A DNA stretch of 64,000 nucleotides from an uncultured Gammaproteobacteria bacterium (GTDB lineage Bacteria; Patescibacteriota; Microgenomatia; UBA1406; GWC2-37-13). This document shows, piece after piece, positions 10,306 to 19,537 of this stretch. The stretch is from assembly GCA_964433155.1 (NCBI GenBank), contig CAYSQE010000003.1:12061-76060 (forward strand), in the 5' to 3' direction. Position numbers and translations under genes: made by a program. Position 1 is the stretch's first letter; each line of letters begins with the position of its first letter. The notes below the pieces were generated by a model, which saw only the letters and a list, made by a program, of their open reading frames with translations, made no database searches and was not told the origin of the DNA.

Positions 10306-12213
10306 CTATCTTCGAAACAACTTCAAAAACGCCTCTTTGGGAACTTCTACCCGGCCGATCATTTTCATCTTCTTTTTTCCCTCTTTTTGCTTATCCAATA
10401 ATTTATCTTTTCGAGTTCGATCACCTCCGTAGAGTTTTTTGGTGACATCCTTGCGAAATGGTGCTATTCGCTCTGAGGCTATGATTTTTCCCTTATATTG
10501 TGCTTGGATTTTTACTTCATACATTTGACGAGGAATTAGTTCACCCAGCCTCTTAACCAAAGATTGACCTTTTTCTTGAGCTCTGGCTTTTGCTACAACT
10601 TCTGAAAATTCCTCTATTGGATCTCCATTGATAAGGACCATTAACTTATCGGCATCAACTACTCTATATTCAAGAAACTCCCAGTCAAGTGATGCATAAC
10701 CGGAGCTCACGCTTTTTAGCTTATCGTAAAAGTCTGAAATCATCTCTGACATCGGCATTTCATAGTAAAGTACGATTTGATTTTTATTATCCATCGTTAT
10801 AAATTTAGCTCGATAACTTTGAGACAGCTGCATAACATCACCAAGATACAGTTCTGGTGTAACAATCATGATCTTAACGAAAGGCTCCATAAATTCAGTT
10901 TTAGCTTCTATTCGATTTATCCGGTATTCTACCTGAGGAGGCGTCAATACTAAACTTAAATTAAACTCTCTTTCTAACCTTTCTCTTGCAACATCTGCGT
11001 GCAGTAATCCTAAGAAACCTACTCTAAATCCAGCACCTAAAGCCTGGCTGTAAACCGCAGAAAACTCCAGCGAAGAATCGCTCAGATAAAGCTTTTCAAG
11101 TGCTTTCTTCAAATTTAAATAATCATGCGTATCAGTTGGAAATACTGAGGCAAATATCATAGGCTTAATTCGTTTATATCCAGGCAGCGAATAGGTGTTT
11201 CTATTTCTAACAATTTCGTTAATAATTGTATCTCCGACGCGGACCTTGTGAATGTCTTTAAGATTCGTAACTACATAGCCAATATCTCCCTCCGCCAATA
11301 AATCTGTAGGTTTTAGGTCAGGTGTAAAATGTCCGACCTCTTTAATCTCAAATATTTCGTCATTTATGGCTAATGCAACATGTAGGTTTTTTTTAAATTC
11401 TCCGGAAAAAACACGAACAAAAGCGATCACTCCTCGATGTGAATCATAATAGGAGTCGAAAATTAGCGATTGCAATGATGTAGAGACAAAATTTTTTCGA
11501 AAGTCAGTTGTTTGAGCAAAGGAGCGAGGAAGCGACCCCTCGGATTCCGAGGATGAGCGAGGAGCGACTGGTTCCGACGAACGTCGGAATGTGAGTTGAT
11601 CTTGAGAAAAAATTTTTGTCGATATATTATAAGGAGCCGGAATTCTCTTAACAACAGCCTTCAATAAATTTTCTACATTTTCTCCTGTTTTTGCTGAAAT
11701 CTCAAAAACATCTACTTCATTTATCCCCAAAAAATCAACCAACTGTTTTTTTGCTTTCAAAACATCTGCACTGGGAAGATCTATCTTATTAATAGCTGGA
11801 ATTATTAGCAAATTTTTTTCCAGCGCTTTATAAGCATTAGAAATGGTTTGAGCTTGTATGCCTTGAGTTGCGTCAACTAACAGAATTACTCCCTCGACAC
11901 AAGCCAATGTCCTATCAACTTCGTAGGAGAAATCTACGTGTCCTGGTGTATCTATGAGATTCAAAATATATTTTGAATCTTCAATTTGAAATTTTAAATT
12001 TGAAATTTTAAATTTAAATTCCATTCTTACCGGAGCAAGTTTTATAGTAATGCCTCTTTCTCTTGAGATTGGATTTCTGTCTAATAATTGCTCTTCATGC
12101 GCTCCTTTTACAACCACTCCTGTCAACTCTAAAAAGCGATCAGCTAACGTAGATTTACCATGATCCACATGAGCAATAATGGCAAAGTTCCTTATGTTCG
12201 ATGTTTTTAACAT
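10306..12213 (-). CDS. lepA: Elongation factor 4 (LepA) carrying two in-frame insertions
   Basis: IRNFAIIAHVDHGKSTL, DTPGHVDF and NKID GTPase motifs, plus a LepA C-terminal domain. Extra segments are present at residues about 64-79 and about 198-243. Confidence 0.95.
   Translation of the reverse strand: MLKTSNIRNFAIIAHVDHGKSTLADRFLELTGVVVKGAHEEQLLDRNPISRERGITIKLAPVRMEFKFKISNLKFQIEDSKYILNLIDTPGHVDFSYEVDRTLACVEGVILLVDATQGIQAQTISNAYKALEKNLLIIPAINKIDLPSADVLKAKKQLVDFLGINEVDVFEISAKTGENVENLLKAVVKRIPAPYNISTKIFSQDQLTFRRSSEPVAPRSSSESEGSLPRSFAQTTDFRKNFVSTSLQSLIFDSYYDSHRGVIAFVRVFSGEFKKNLHVALAINDEIFEIKEVGHFTPDLKPTDLLAEGDIGYVVTNLKDIHKVRVGDTIINEIVRNRNTYSLPGYKRIKPMIFASVFPTDTHDYLNLKKALEKLYLSDSSLEFSAVYSQALGAGFRVGFLGLLHADVARERLEREFNLSLVLTPPQVEYRINRIEAKTEFMEPFVKIMIVTPELYLGDVMQLSQSYRAKFITMDNKNQIVLYYEMPMSEMISDFYDKLKSVSSGYASLDWEFLEYRVVDADKLMVLINGDPIEEFSEVVAKARAQEKGQSLVKRLGELIPRQMYEVKIQAQYKGKIIASERIAPFRKDVTKKLYGGDRTRKDKLLDKQKEGKKKMKMIGRVEVPKEAFLKLFRR
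11485..11620. repeat. In-frame palindromic insertion element with terminal inverted repeats (RPE-like) inside lepA
   Basis: TIRs GACAAAATTTTTTC (11485-11498) and GAAAAAATTTTTGTC (11606-11620). GC-rich core with palindromes CCTCGGAtTCCGAGG (11538-11552) and TTCCGACGaaCGTCGGAA (11572-11589). A related sequence lies at 51135-51204. Confidence 0.7.
11983..12017. repeat. Heptamer-periodic repeat (AATTTGA/AATTTTA, 5 units) inside lepA
   Basis: aatttga aatttta aatttga aatttta aatttaa, read directly. It encodes the extra FKFKISNLKFQ segment. Confidence 0.7.
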
Positions 12214-12230
12214 ATTTATTGAATTTTATC

Positions 12231-12265
12231 GATTTTTGATATTTGATTTTTGATCTTTGATATTG
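12231..12265. repeat. Intergenic heptamer tandem repeat (GATTTTT GATATTT GATTTTT GATCTTT GATATTG)
   Basis: Five 7-nt units, read directly, in the divergent lepA/flippase spacer. Confidence 0.7.
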
Positions 12266-12280
12266 TCTATATAGTATACT

Positions 12281-13561
12281 GTGTCAATGCTGAAATTCTT
12301 TAAAAAAGTCTGGAAAAATGAATTTTTTTTAGGCGGGATCTTTCTTACGTCTTCATCTTATGCTGGCCACCTCATGAATTATATCTTCAGCTTTCTTACC
12401 GGTAGAACTTTAGGCCCACAGGGTTATGCTGAAATAGTTACATTATTTTCCTATACGCTTATTGCTACCGTCCCCATCTCAGTCCTTTCAACCTTTCTTA
12501 TCCAAAAAATCAGTTCAGCTCAGCGCAATCAGAATCTTTATGTTCTAACTCTGGAAAATTTATTTTGGCAAAAAATTAAAAGGTGGTGGCTTATGATAAT
12601 TCCTTTTATTGCCATAACGCCCTTTTTACCAAGTATTACAAATTTATCAGCGCTTGCTTCATGGTCGCTACTCCCACTTATTATACTTAGCTTACTGGCT
12701 ACATTTTATGGAGCTGCTTTGCAGGGTTTAAAGTTGTTTCTAGCCATTTCTCTTATTGGGATAGTTGCTACTTTTTTGAAATTAATGGGAGCCGTTTCAG
12801 TAATCCTGGGTATCGACGGCATCGCCACTATTATTTTCTTTCTAATTTTTTCTAACCTTTTTTTATTCTATGCAAGTTGCTCTGTTATCACTCGATTCTT
12901 GCAAAAAGCTACAAAAACTAAACCCAAATATATCAATAAACGAATCGTCGAAGTTTTTAAAAACAAACAATTCATTATTATTTTTGCTTCGACGTTAGCT
13001 CTCACGCTTTTTAATAATATAGATATTGTAGTAGTCAAGAAATTTTTTACATCGCATGAAGCCGGAATTTATGCCTCATGGTCGCTATTTGCAAAAATTA
13101 TTTTATATTTTTTAAGTCCACTAATATCTATTAGTTTCGTGTTTTTCGCAAGCAACAAACATTCAAATTCTCAAACAAGAACTCTTCATTTATCACTAGC
13201 TCTTCTTTTTGCTGTTGGTTTAGTCAGTTTCTTATTTTACACTTATTCTGGAACATTCATTATTAATAGTTTGTTCGGAAAAAAGTTTATAGGAGTTGTT
13301 CAATATCTTTCTCAAGCAAGTATCTTTGGCACTTTATATGCAGGTATCTCATTCATCAATAGTTATTTTCTCGCCAAAAACTCTATATTTGCACTTATTC
13401 TACCAATTTGCATCCCCATATACATCGTTTTCTTATTTTTTCTACCAAAACAGATTGATAATGTAATTCGCCTTGATATAATATTCTCCATATTTGTACT
13501 CTTGATGTATTTTTTGGGTTATCTAAAAAGTTACTCATACTCTAATTCTAAATCTTCTTAA
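12281..13561 (+). CDS. Polytopic membrane protein, MOP/Wzx-type polysaccharide flippase-like
   Basis: About 12 hydrophobic helices across 426 aa with short loops; sits at the edge of the glycan locus. The alternative ATG 12287 lies 7 nt after a TATACT box. Confidence 0.5.
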   Translation: MSMLKFFKKVWKNEFFLGGIFLTSSSYAGHLMNYIFSFLTGRTLGPQGYAEIVTLFSYTLIATVPISVLSTFLIQKISSAQRNQNLYVLTLENLFWQKIKRWWLMIIPFIAITPFLPSITNLSALASWSLLPLIILSLLATFYGAALQGLKLFLAISLIGIVATFLKLMGAVSVILGIDGIATIIFFLIFSNLFLFYASCSVITRFLQKATKTKPKYINKRIVEVFKNKQFIIIFASTLALTLFNNIDIVVVKKFFTSHEAGIYASWSLFAKIILYFLSPLISISFVFFASNKHSNSQTRTLHLSLALLFAVGLVSFLFYTYSGTFIINSLFGKKFIGVVQYLSQASIFGTLYAGISFINSYFLAKNSIFALILPICIPIYIVFLFFLPKQIDNVIRLDIIFSIFVLLMYFLGYLKSYSYSNSKSS

Positions 13562-13960
13562 TGTTTTTTTTCCATTCTGAAGTTCTGTTGTTATCTCCAA
13601 TCTCATATTGGTTATATTGCTGTGATAGCTACAAACCCCTGAAGAACATGTTCCAAAAAGCAGTTCTCGATTGGCACTGTTTCCACTCGCATTGTCGATA
13701 GAGCCACCAACTCCTTCATCTTTACCGTTTGTCTGATAAATTAAAGTGTAGCTTAGGCTTTTGCTTTTATTTAAATTAGAAAAAAATATAAGAATTGCTC
13801 TTCTATCCGCTCTCAATCTTGGTGAAACAATCAAGCCGCTCGAGGCGGCTGTAACTTTCTTACCGCCGGATCTATATCTTGGCAGTAACCTAGCTTCAAC
13901 ACTAGAAAACGAAACAAAAAATAGAAAAAATAAAACCAATAAGGAGATTCTTCTCTTCAT
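13535..13960 (-). CDS. Hypothetical secreted protein (signal peptide)
   Basis: N-terminal MKRRISLLVLFFLFFVSFSSVEA signal-like sequence; 141 aa; no known motif. Confidence 0.45.
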   Translation of the reverse strand: MKRRISLLVLFFLFFVSFSSVEARLLPRYRSGGKKVTAASSGLIVSPRLRADRRAILIFFSNLNKSKSLSYTLIYQTNGKDEGVGGSIDNASGNSANRELLFGTCSSGVCSYHSNITNMRLEITTELQNGKKTLRRFRIRV

Positions 13961-13986
13961 GCTATAATGAAGTATAGCATAAAAAC

Positions 13987-14601
13987 GTGAAAGCCAAATT
14001 TATCATTTTAACAATAGGGATTATAATCGTATTAGCCATAGCTTTGATTGTTATCTCTTCAGACAAAGGCTCAAAATTAACCTCACCGTTATCTAATAAT
14101 CCTTTTTTATCATTGAGTCCAACCGTAAAGCCAACAACGAAAAAATATAGTGATCCGTCAGGGTTCAAATTCTCTTATCAGGATGGTCTTAAAATAGAAA
14201 GAATAGATAAAAAAAACCCGGATTATTACTCATCTCTCAAAGCCACAACCAAAGACTCTGTGGGATCAATAACTATTGATGTTACATCAACCAAATACAA
14301 ATCATTAGACGAATGGGTAAAAAATAATCGATTGCTGGCAAAAAATGTTAAAGAAATCAAACTCGCTGACCTTGAAGCTTTAGAAATTGATGAAAGCGGA
14401 AAATATATGATCCTGGCTATAGATACAGAGACTTTATTTACTATCGTAGCTACGTTTAACAAGTCTGATGAAAAATATTGGAAAAAAGCGACAAATACAG
14501 TTGTCTCCACTTTTGCCCTTGAACTACCAGAAACTTCTATAAACAACGGTCAATCTTCCGATGAAGATATTGTATTTGAAGGTGAGGAAACTGTCGAGTA
14601 A
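13987..14601 (+). CDS. Hypothetical membrane-anchored extracytoplasmic protein
   Basis: Single N-terminal TM helix (FIILTIGIIIVLAIALIVI), a Ser/Pro/Thr linker, then a globular domain with an acidic tail. GTG start. Confidence 0.45.
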   Translation: MKAKFIILTIGIIIVLAIALIVISSDKGSKLTSPLSNNPFLSLSPTVKPTTKKYSDPSGFKFSYQDGLKIERIDKKNPDYYSSLKATTKDSVGSITIDVTSTKYKSLDEWVKNNRLLAKNVKEIKLADLEALEIDESGKYMILAIDTETLFTIVATFNKSDEKYWKKATNTVVSTFALELPETSINNGQSSDEDIVFEGEETVE

Positions 14602-14606
14602 TAAGT

Positions 14607-15254
14607 CTAAGTCGAGTTTCTGCTCTTGTATAGAAAATTTTTTGCTTTCTCATCATTTTTCCATTGAGCAAGTGTATAGCCATTTCTATCCTTCCTAGAT
14701 ATCAAGGGCTGATTTGATCTAACTGCATCAAAGTTTTTTTTTAAATCATCGCTACATAAAGACCAGTCTAAATCTAAGGAAAGTGGTGAAATACCAGCTT
14801 CAGAGTTTGAGTTATATTCACCAGTGCAAAAATACTCAATGATCGTCTCAGCTAAAAAAAAGTTACCATGTGCAAATCCGACCGGTATCCAGATCCACTC
14901 ATTGAAATCTCTTTGTGGTGATGCGGGCATATCATAAACTATGATCTTACCAAATGTTGGCGAATTTAATCTTATATCGAGTATCATATCTACCATATGA
15001 CCATGAACCGTTCTAACAAGCTTACCCATATATGGATTCCACTGAAAATGAAGACCCCTTATCACATTTTTACGTGAAAAACTCTCATTCACCTGAACAA
15101 ACGCGGCGTTTTTATAGAAAGATGTCTCATTGTTTTTTTGAAAGTCGCTTTGACGAAATAGTTCGCTAAAATAACCACGCTCATCGCCGAAGCGAGAGAA
15201 TTTAATAACTTTAACTTCTGGAAAAATTAATGTTTTGACTTCAAGAATCTTCAT
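14607..15254 (-). CDS. NDP-4-keto-6-deoxyhexose 3,5-epimerase family (RmlC-like cupin)
   Basis: FGDERGYFSELF, IRGLHFQ, GKLVRTVHGHMVDMILDIR and IWIPVGFAHGF-like motifs typical of RfbC/RmlC. Confidence 0.75.
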   Translation of the reverse strand: MKILEVKTLIFPEVKVIKFSRFGDERGYFSELFRQSDFQKNNETSFYKNAAFVQVNESFSRKNVIRGLHFQWNPYMGKLVRTVHGHMVDMILDIRLNSPTFGKIIVYDMPASPQRDFNEWIWIPVGFAHGNFFLAETIIEYFCTGEYNSNSEAGISPLSLDLDWSLCSDDLKKNFDAVRSNQPLISRKDRNGYTLAQWKNDEKAKNFLYKSRNST

Positions 15255-15313
15255 ATGAGCACATAAACTGCTATGTTATACTTATCGCTATAGTATACAA
15301 AATCTAAAACAGT

Positions 15314-16444
15314 ATGCATATCCCCTTCGTTGATTTGCAAGCTCAATATAAATCCAATAAGGCAGAAATTAATTCTGCCATTAATAATGTTATAAAGAAT
15401 ACTGAATTTATTTTAGGAAAGGAAGTTGAAGAGTTTGAAAAGAATTTCTCTCAGTTTTTAGGAGTAAAAAATTGCGTTACGCTTGCTTCCGGTACCGATG
15501 CTCTAATTATTGGAATGAGATCGCTTTCTCTTCCGCCCGGAAGTGAAATTTTAATACCCTCAAATACATTCATTGCAACAGCGTTGGCAGCCTCTTTCAA
15601 TGGCCATAAACCGGTATTTGTGGATGCCGATCCAAATGATCACGGCATAAACCTTTCAGATCTAGCAAAAAAAATAAATAGCCGTACAAGGGCAATTGTA
15701 GTTGTACATCTATATGGACAGTCTGACAAAATAGGTGAAATTGATGAAGTCATTAAAAAAAGCGGTAGGACTATCTATCTTATAGAGGATGCTTGCCAAG
15801 CTCATGGCGCAGAATATAAAGGAAAAAAAGTCGGGACTTTTGGAATTTTTTCTACCTTTTCGTTTTATCCTTCCAAAAATTTAGGGGCTTATGGAGACGG
15901 AGGAGCGATCTGCACAAACAACGATAAACTAGCCAACAAATTAAAGCTTCTACGACAATATGGTCAAAGAAAAAAATATTATCATGATGTATTAGGCGTT
16001 AACTCTAGGCTAGATACAATTCAGGCAGCGGTTCTAAATGTTAAACTACCATATCTTGAAAAATGGAATAAAAAAAGACAAGAAATTGCGTCTTTATATA
16101 CGGAATTAATCAAACGCTCAATTCCTCAAATCAAAACTCCTCATATTTTTACTGAAAGAAAAAGCATCTTTCATTTATATCTAATTAGAACAAAAAAAAG
16201 GAATCGACTCCAGAAATATTTAAAAAATGACGGAGTAACCACGCTAATTCATTATCCCATACCTCTTCATTTACAAAAAGCATATAAATTTTTAAAATAT
16301 AAAAGGGGAGACTTGCCCGTAAGTGAAAAATTGGCTCAAGAAATATTATCATTGCCTATTTATCCTGAATTGAAAAAAAATCAAACCCATTATGTCGTTA
16401 ATCTTTTAAAGCGATTTTATGAAAAATCCAACCCAAATAATTAA
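15314..16444 (+). CDS. DegT/DnrJ/EryC1/StrS-family PLP-dependent sugar aminotransferase
   Basis: [34 protein letters not shown], and [18 protein letters not shown] carrying the catalytic Lys. Confidence 0.85.
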   Translation: MHIPFVDLQAQYKSNKAEINSAINNVIKNTEFILGKEVEEFEKNFSQFLGVKNCVTLASGTDALIIGMRSLSLPPGSEILIPSNTFIATALAASFNGHKPVFVDADPNDHGINLSDLAKKINSRTRAIVVVHLYGQSDKIGEIDEVIKKSGRTIYLIEDACQAHGAEYKGKKVGTFGIFSTFSFYPSKNLGAYGDGGAICTNNDKLANKLKLLRQYGQRKKYYHDVLGVNSRLDTIQAAVLNVKLPYLEKWNKKRQEIASLYTELIKRSIPQIKTPHIFTERKSIFHLYLIRTKKRNRLQKYLKNDGVTTLIHYPIPLHLQKAYKFLKYKRGDLPVSEKLAQEILSLPIYPELKKNQTHYVVNLLKRFYEKSNPNN

Positions 16445-16883
16445 AAACTCAAAGATTGGAAAAAATACCAAAATTTGGAATTTTGTAAACCTTTATGGTT
16501 GCACTATAGGTGCCGATTGTATGATTGGGGCTTTTGTAGAAATTCAAAAAGGAGCAACCATTGGTAATAAAGTAAAGATTCAATCGCACGCCTTTATCTG
16601 CGAAGGGGTAACCATTGAGGACGAAGTATTCATAAGTCATCACGTTGTTTTCATCAACGATAACTATCCACGGGTTGGAAGTCGTAAGTGGAAAATGTTA
16701 AAAACAGTAGTTAGACGTGGAGCAACCATCGGGTCTAATACAACGATATTAGGAGGTATTGAAATTGGGCAGAACGCGATGGTTGGTGCAGGAGCCGTCG
16801 TAACCAAAGATGTTCCAGATAATTCAATCGTTCTAGGAAATCCCGCTAAAGTAATCAGAAAAATAAAAAATTCCCCTATTTAA
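16419..16883 (+). CDS. Left-handed beta-helix (hexapeptide) sugar N-acetyltransferase
   Basis: Hexapeptide repeats ([49 protein letters not shown] ... [28 protein letters not shown]). Confidence 0.8.
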   Translation: MKNPTQIIKNSKIGKNTKIWNFVNLYGCTIGADCMIGAFVEIQKGATIGNKVKIQSHAFICEGVTIEDEVFISHHVVFINDNYPRVGSRKWKMLKTVVRRGATIGSNTTILGGIEIGQNAMVGAGAVVTKDVPDNSIVLGNPAKVIRKIKNSPI

Positions 16884-18214
16884 GGAAAATATGGCTTTTG
16901 CAAAAAAAGTGTTCTGCGAATTTTTTTTATTGCTCGGTTTAAAGAAGACAACAGGTCTTTATTTCGAAGTTCCTCTTCAGTAGGGAAAAAATCCCATCTT
17001 GGAAGTATTTTGAGTGTAACAGTATTGCTTTTTATCAATTTTTTTTCTGGGACATCATCTTTGATTCTCTCTATCCATAAGTAGAGAGTTCCTTCTTTCC
17101 AATGCAACGGTATTGTAAAGATGAGTTCTTCCTCCTGCCATTCATCCACAAAAACTGGCCCGTAGCTGCTCATTAACCTATCTTTTTTATTCACCCTCCA
17201 ACCAAAATTGTATCCTTTTAATCTTACTTTTTGCGCAAGAGTTGTCGTTTCCTGATCAACAAACATTATGGTTAAATTCTCACGTAGCTTTCTTTGATAA
17301 TCAGCATATCTATTCAACTGCCATGTCAAGAAGGCAACTATAGAAAGTACAACGATAATAAATAAGGAAACGATGGTAACTCCGACTAAGCTCATTTTAA
17401 TAAGTTTCCAAAGCAGTTCTAACGCTCTGATTAGGTATTCTTTTTTTTCAGAAAAATAGGTTATTAATTTTCTAATATTACTTAAGTAAGTTAGCCCAAA
17501 TACGCTTATCAAGTAAACCAATAAACAAGTAATAACGGTTAAAAGTATTATCTCTATGAAGTCGAATTTGCTAAAGTTGGAAAGGATTTTAAAGATCAAG
17601 ACTAAATATAAAATAATAAAAAGAAAGAAAGAAATACCCATGATTGCCAAAACAACCTTCTTCATGTTTGGCTTTATTAAATTAGAAAGAGTTCTAAATT
17701 CAGACAAGCTTAACCTTATTTCAGCAGGGGCAGTAATTATTTTTTTAAAAAAACTTAAATCTAGAAAAGAAAAAAACGAGACAAAATTAGGCAAAAGAAC
17801 CAAAAATAACAGCGTAAAAAACAAGATTAAAATATTTTCAAAGTTCTCCAATTCTAAAAAATTCTTAATAAAAAAAGTGCTAAAAAAAAATGAAGTAATT
17901 AAAGCAACAATCAGCTCATCTCTACTTTTAAAACGTAGAAATTTTACTTCAATCTTTTTTTCTCTATAACGGAAGTATATACCTACAATTGTCAAAATAA
18001 ACATCATTAAAAGGATTAGTCCCAAATCAAAATTATCAAGAGAAAGGATGGTTTTTTCACTAAACTCAACTGGAAAATCTGGGAAAAGATAGTATAAAAA
18101 AAAGCTCAAAGCTAGATAAGAAAAAAAAAGGATGGGCAAGAACCAACAAAGAAACTTGACTATCTCATAAAAAAATATTGCGATATACTTTGTAAACTTT
18201 CCTATCTGATTCAT
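16880..18214 (-). CDS. Hypothetical polytopic membrane protein with C-terminal soluble beta-rich domain
   Basis: About 8 hydrophobic helices followed by a roughly 140-aa hydrophilic C-terminus ([10 protein letters not shown]...). ATGA-coupled to the upstream membrane gene. Confidence 0.45.
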   Translation of the reverse strand: MNQIGKFTKYIAIFFYEIVKFLCWFLPILFFSYLALSFFLYYLFPDFPVEFSEKTILSLDNFDLGLILLMMFILTIVGIYFRYREKKIEVKFLRFKSRDELIVALITSFFFSTFFIKNFLELENFENILILFFTLLFLVLLPNFVSFFSFLDLSFFKKIITAPAEIRLSLSEFRTLSNLIKPNMKKVVLAIMGISFFLFIILYLVLIFKILSNFSKFDFIEIILLTVITCLLVYLISVFGLTYLSNIRKLITYFSEKKEYLIRALELLWKLIKMSLVGVTIVSLFIIVVLSIVAFLTWQLNRYADYQRKLRENLTIMFVDQETTTLAQKVRLKGYNFGWRVNKKDRLMSSYGPVFVDEWQEEELIFTIPLHWKEGTLYLWIERIKDDVPEKKLIKSNTVTLKILPRWDFFPTEEELRNKDLLSSLNRAIKKIRRTLFLQKPYFP

Positions 18215-18717
18215 ATGTTATTTAATTGCTCTTTGAACGCTTTTATAACAGACCAAGTAAAGAGAAAAAATGCCAAGATGGCAAAAACTTCCTCATTTTT
18301 TGTGTATTTAAAAATTGAAAAAAACGCAGCATAAGAAATGGCGAGAATCGACATTAACACGCTTGTTGCGGAAGAAATGTTTAAAAGAATTAATAAACCA
18401 AGCATGATAAGAAAAATCAATGTAGCCTCATCAATTACTTCAAACAGCCACCCGGGCTCTCCTCCCTTCCGAGCAACAAAAATTGCTACGGCCCAGAACA
18501 AGACTAGAAGAAGTCTTTTTATCAGATCTAACTTGTCAAGGCTATAACTTCTAATATCTTGTTGAATAAAATAAAAAATCTTTTCAAATAGCCTGAAATT
18601 AACAAGCAATGCAGATACAAATAATACAAGTAGCAAAAAAGACGAGTGGCTTTCTTTCATCTGCCTTACAAGATTGTAGGCAACAATGAGAAAAATTGCA
18701 TAAAATGTTCTCGCCAT
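18211..18717 (-). CDS. Hypothetical small membrane protein (about 5 TM)
   Basis: 168 aa, mostly hydrophobic. Its stop overlaps the start of the next gene. Confidence 0.4.
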   Translation of the reverse strand: MARTFYAIFLIVAYNLVRQMKESHSSFLLLVLFVSALLVNFRLFEKIFYFIQQDIRSYSLDKLDLIKRLLLVLFWAVAIFVARKGGEPGWLFEVIDEATLIFLIMLGLLILLNISSATSVLMSILAISYAAFFSIFKYTKNEEVFAILAFFLFTWSVIKAFKEQLNNI

Positions 18718-18769
18718 TAAAATATTGTATATTATTAAAGAAAAATAGTTTTGGTTATAATATTAGCCG

Positions 18770-19537
18770 ATGGAAAAGAAAAATGCATATCATTTCTTAA
18801 GCCTAGTCATACCAGTCTATAAGCAGGAAAGAACAATTATTAACGATCTTCGACAGATTAAAAAGGCCATTGATAAAATCCGCTATCCCCATGAAATCAT
18901 TGCAGTAGTCGATGGGATAATGGATAAATCGCTAGAAAAAATTAAAAAAGCGAAGCTTATGGGTGTTAAAACTATAGGTTATATGAAAAACCAGGGTAAA
19001 AGCTATGCCGTGAGACTTGGGATGACTAAAGCCAGAGGAGATTATGTCATTTTTTTGGACGCTGGTATGGAAATTGATCCAAACGCTATCTCAATGCTTC
19101 TTGAACATATGGAATGGTACAACGCGGATATTATTGTTGGTTCAAAAAGACACCCCGCCTCTTTTGTTAAATATTCTACTATGCGTAAAATTTTAAGTTA
19201 TGGCTATTATCTACTTGTAAAATTATTATTTGGCATCAAGATACACGATACCCAAGCTGGAATAAAAATTTTTAAAAAAGAGGTCCTAGAGAAAGTCCTC
19301 CCACGACTGGTTGAAAAAAGATTTGCTGGCGACTTAGAGGTTATTGTTGTTGCAGACAGTTTAGGCTTTAAACGCATTTTCGAAGCCCCGATTAAAATGG
19401 ATTACAATTTGGCTCCATTAACTTCAGCAGCAACAATTAAATCAGTGATTGGGATTCTTAAAGATACGATGGCTATTTTCTACCGAAAAAATGTCATTCG
19501 TCATTATAATCGGCCACATCATGTTTTCCGCTTATGA
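18770..19537 (+). CDS. Glycosyltransferase family 2
   Basis: LSLVIPVYKQE...IIAVVDG...FLDAGMEID and a GT-A fold pattern. Confidence 0.8.
   Translation: MEKKNAYHFLSLVIPVYKQERTIINDLRQIKKAIDKIRYPHEIIAVVDGIMDKSLEKIKKAKLMGVKTIGYMKNQGKSYAVRLGMTKARGDYVIFLDAGMEIDPNAISMLLEHMEWYNADIIVGSKRHPASFVKYSTMRKILSYGYYLLVKLLFGIKIHDTQAGIKIFKKEVLEKVLPRLVEKRFAGDLEVIVVADSLGFKRIFEAPIKMDYNLAPLTSAATIKSVIGILKDTMAIFYRKNVIRHYNRPHHVFRL

Noticed and set aside
11463-11654. 63-aa same-strand, out-of-frame ORF inside lepA covering the palindromic element.
   Set aside because: The lepA frame stays open and restores conserved LepA sequence on both sides. The alternative frame has no independent start context and is best seen as a by-product of the inserted element.
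17556-17969. 137-aa Lys-rich ORF on the plus strand. Similar nested or antisense ORFs occur at 663-971, 1771-2163, 21415-21837, 24596-25018, 33230-33499, 39657-40007 and 58489-58854.
   Set aside because: All lie entirely inside, and antisense to, longer ORFs with clear family signatures or strong membrane-protein character. Their low-complexity Lys/Phe/Ile composition is what the reverse strand of AT-rich genes produces by chance.
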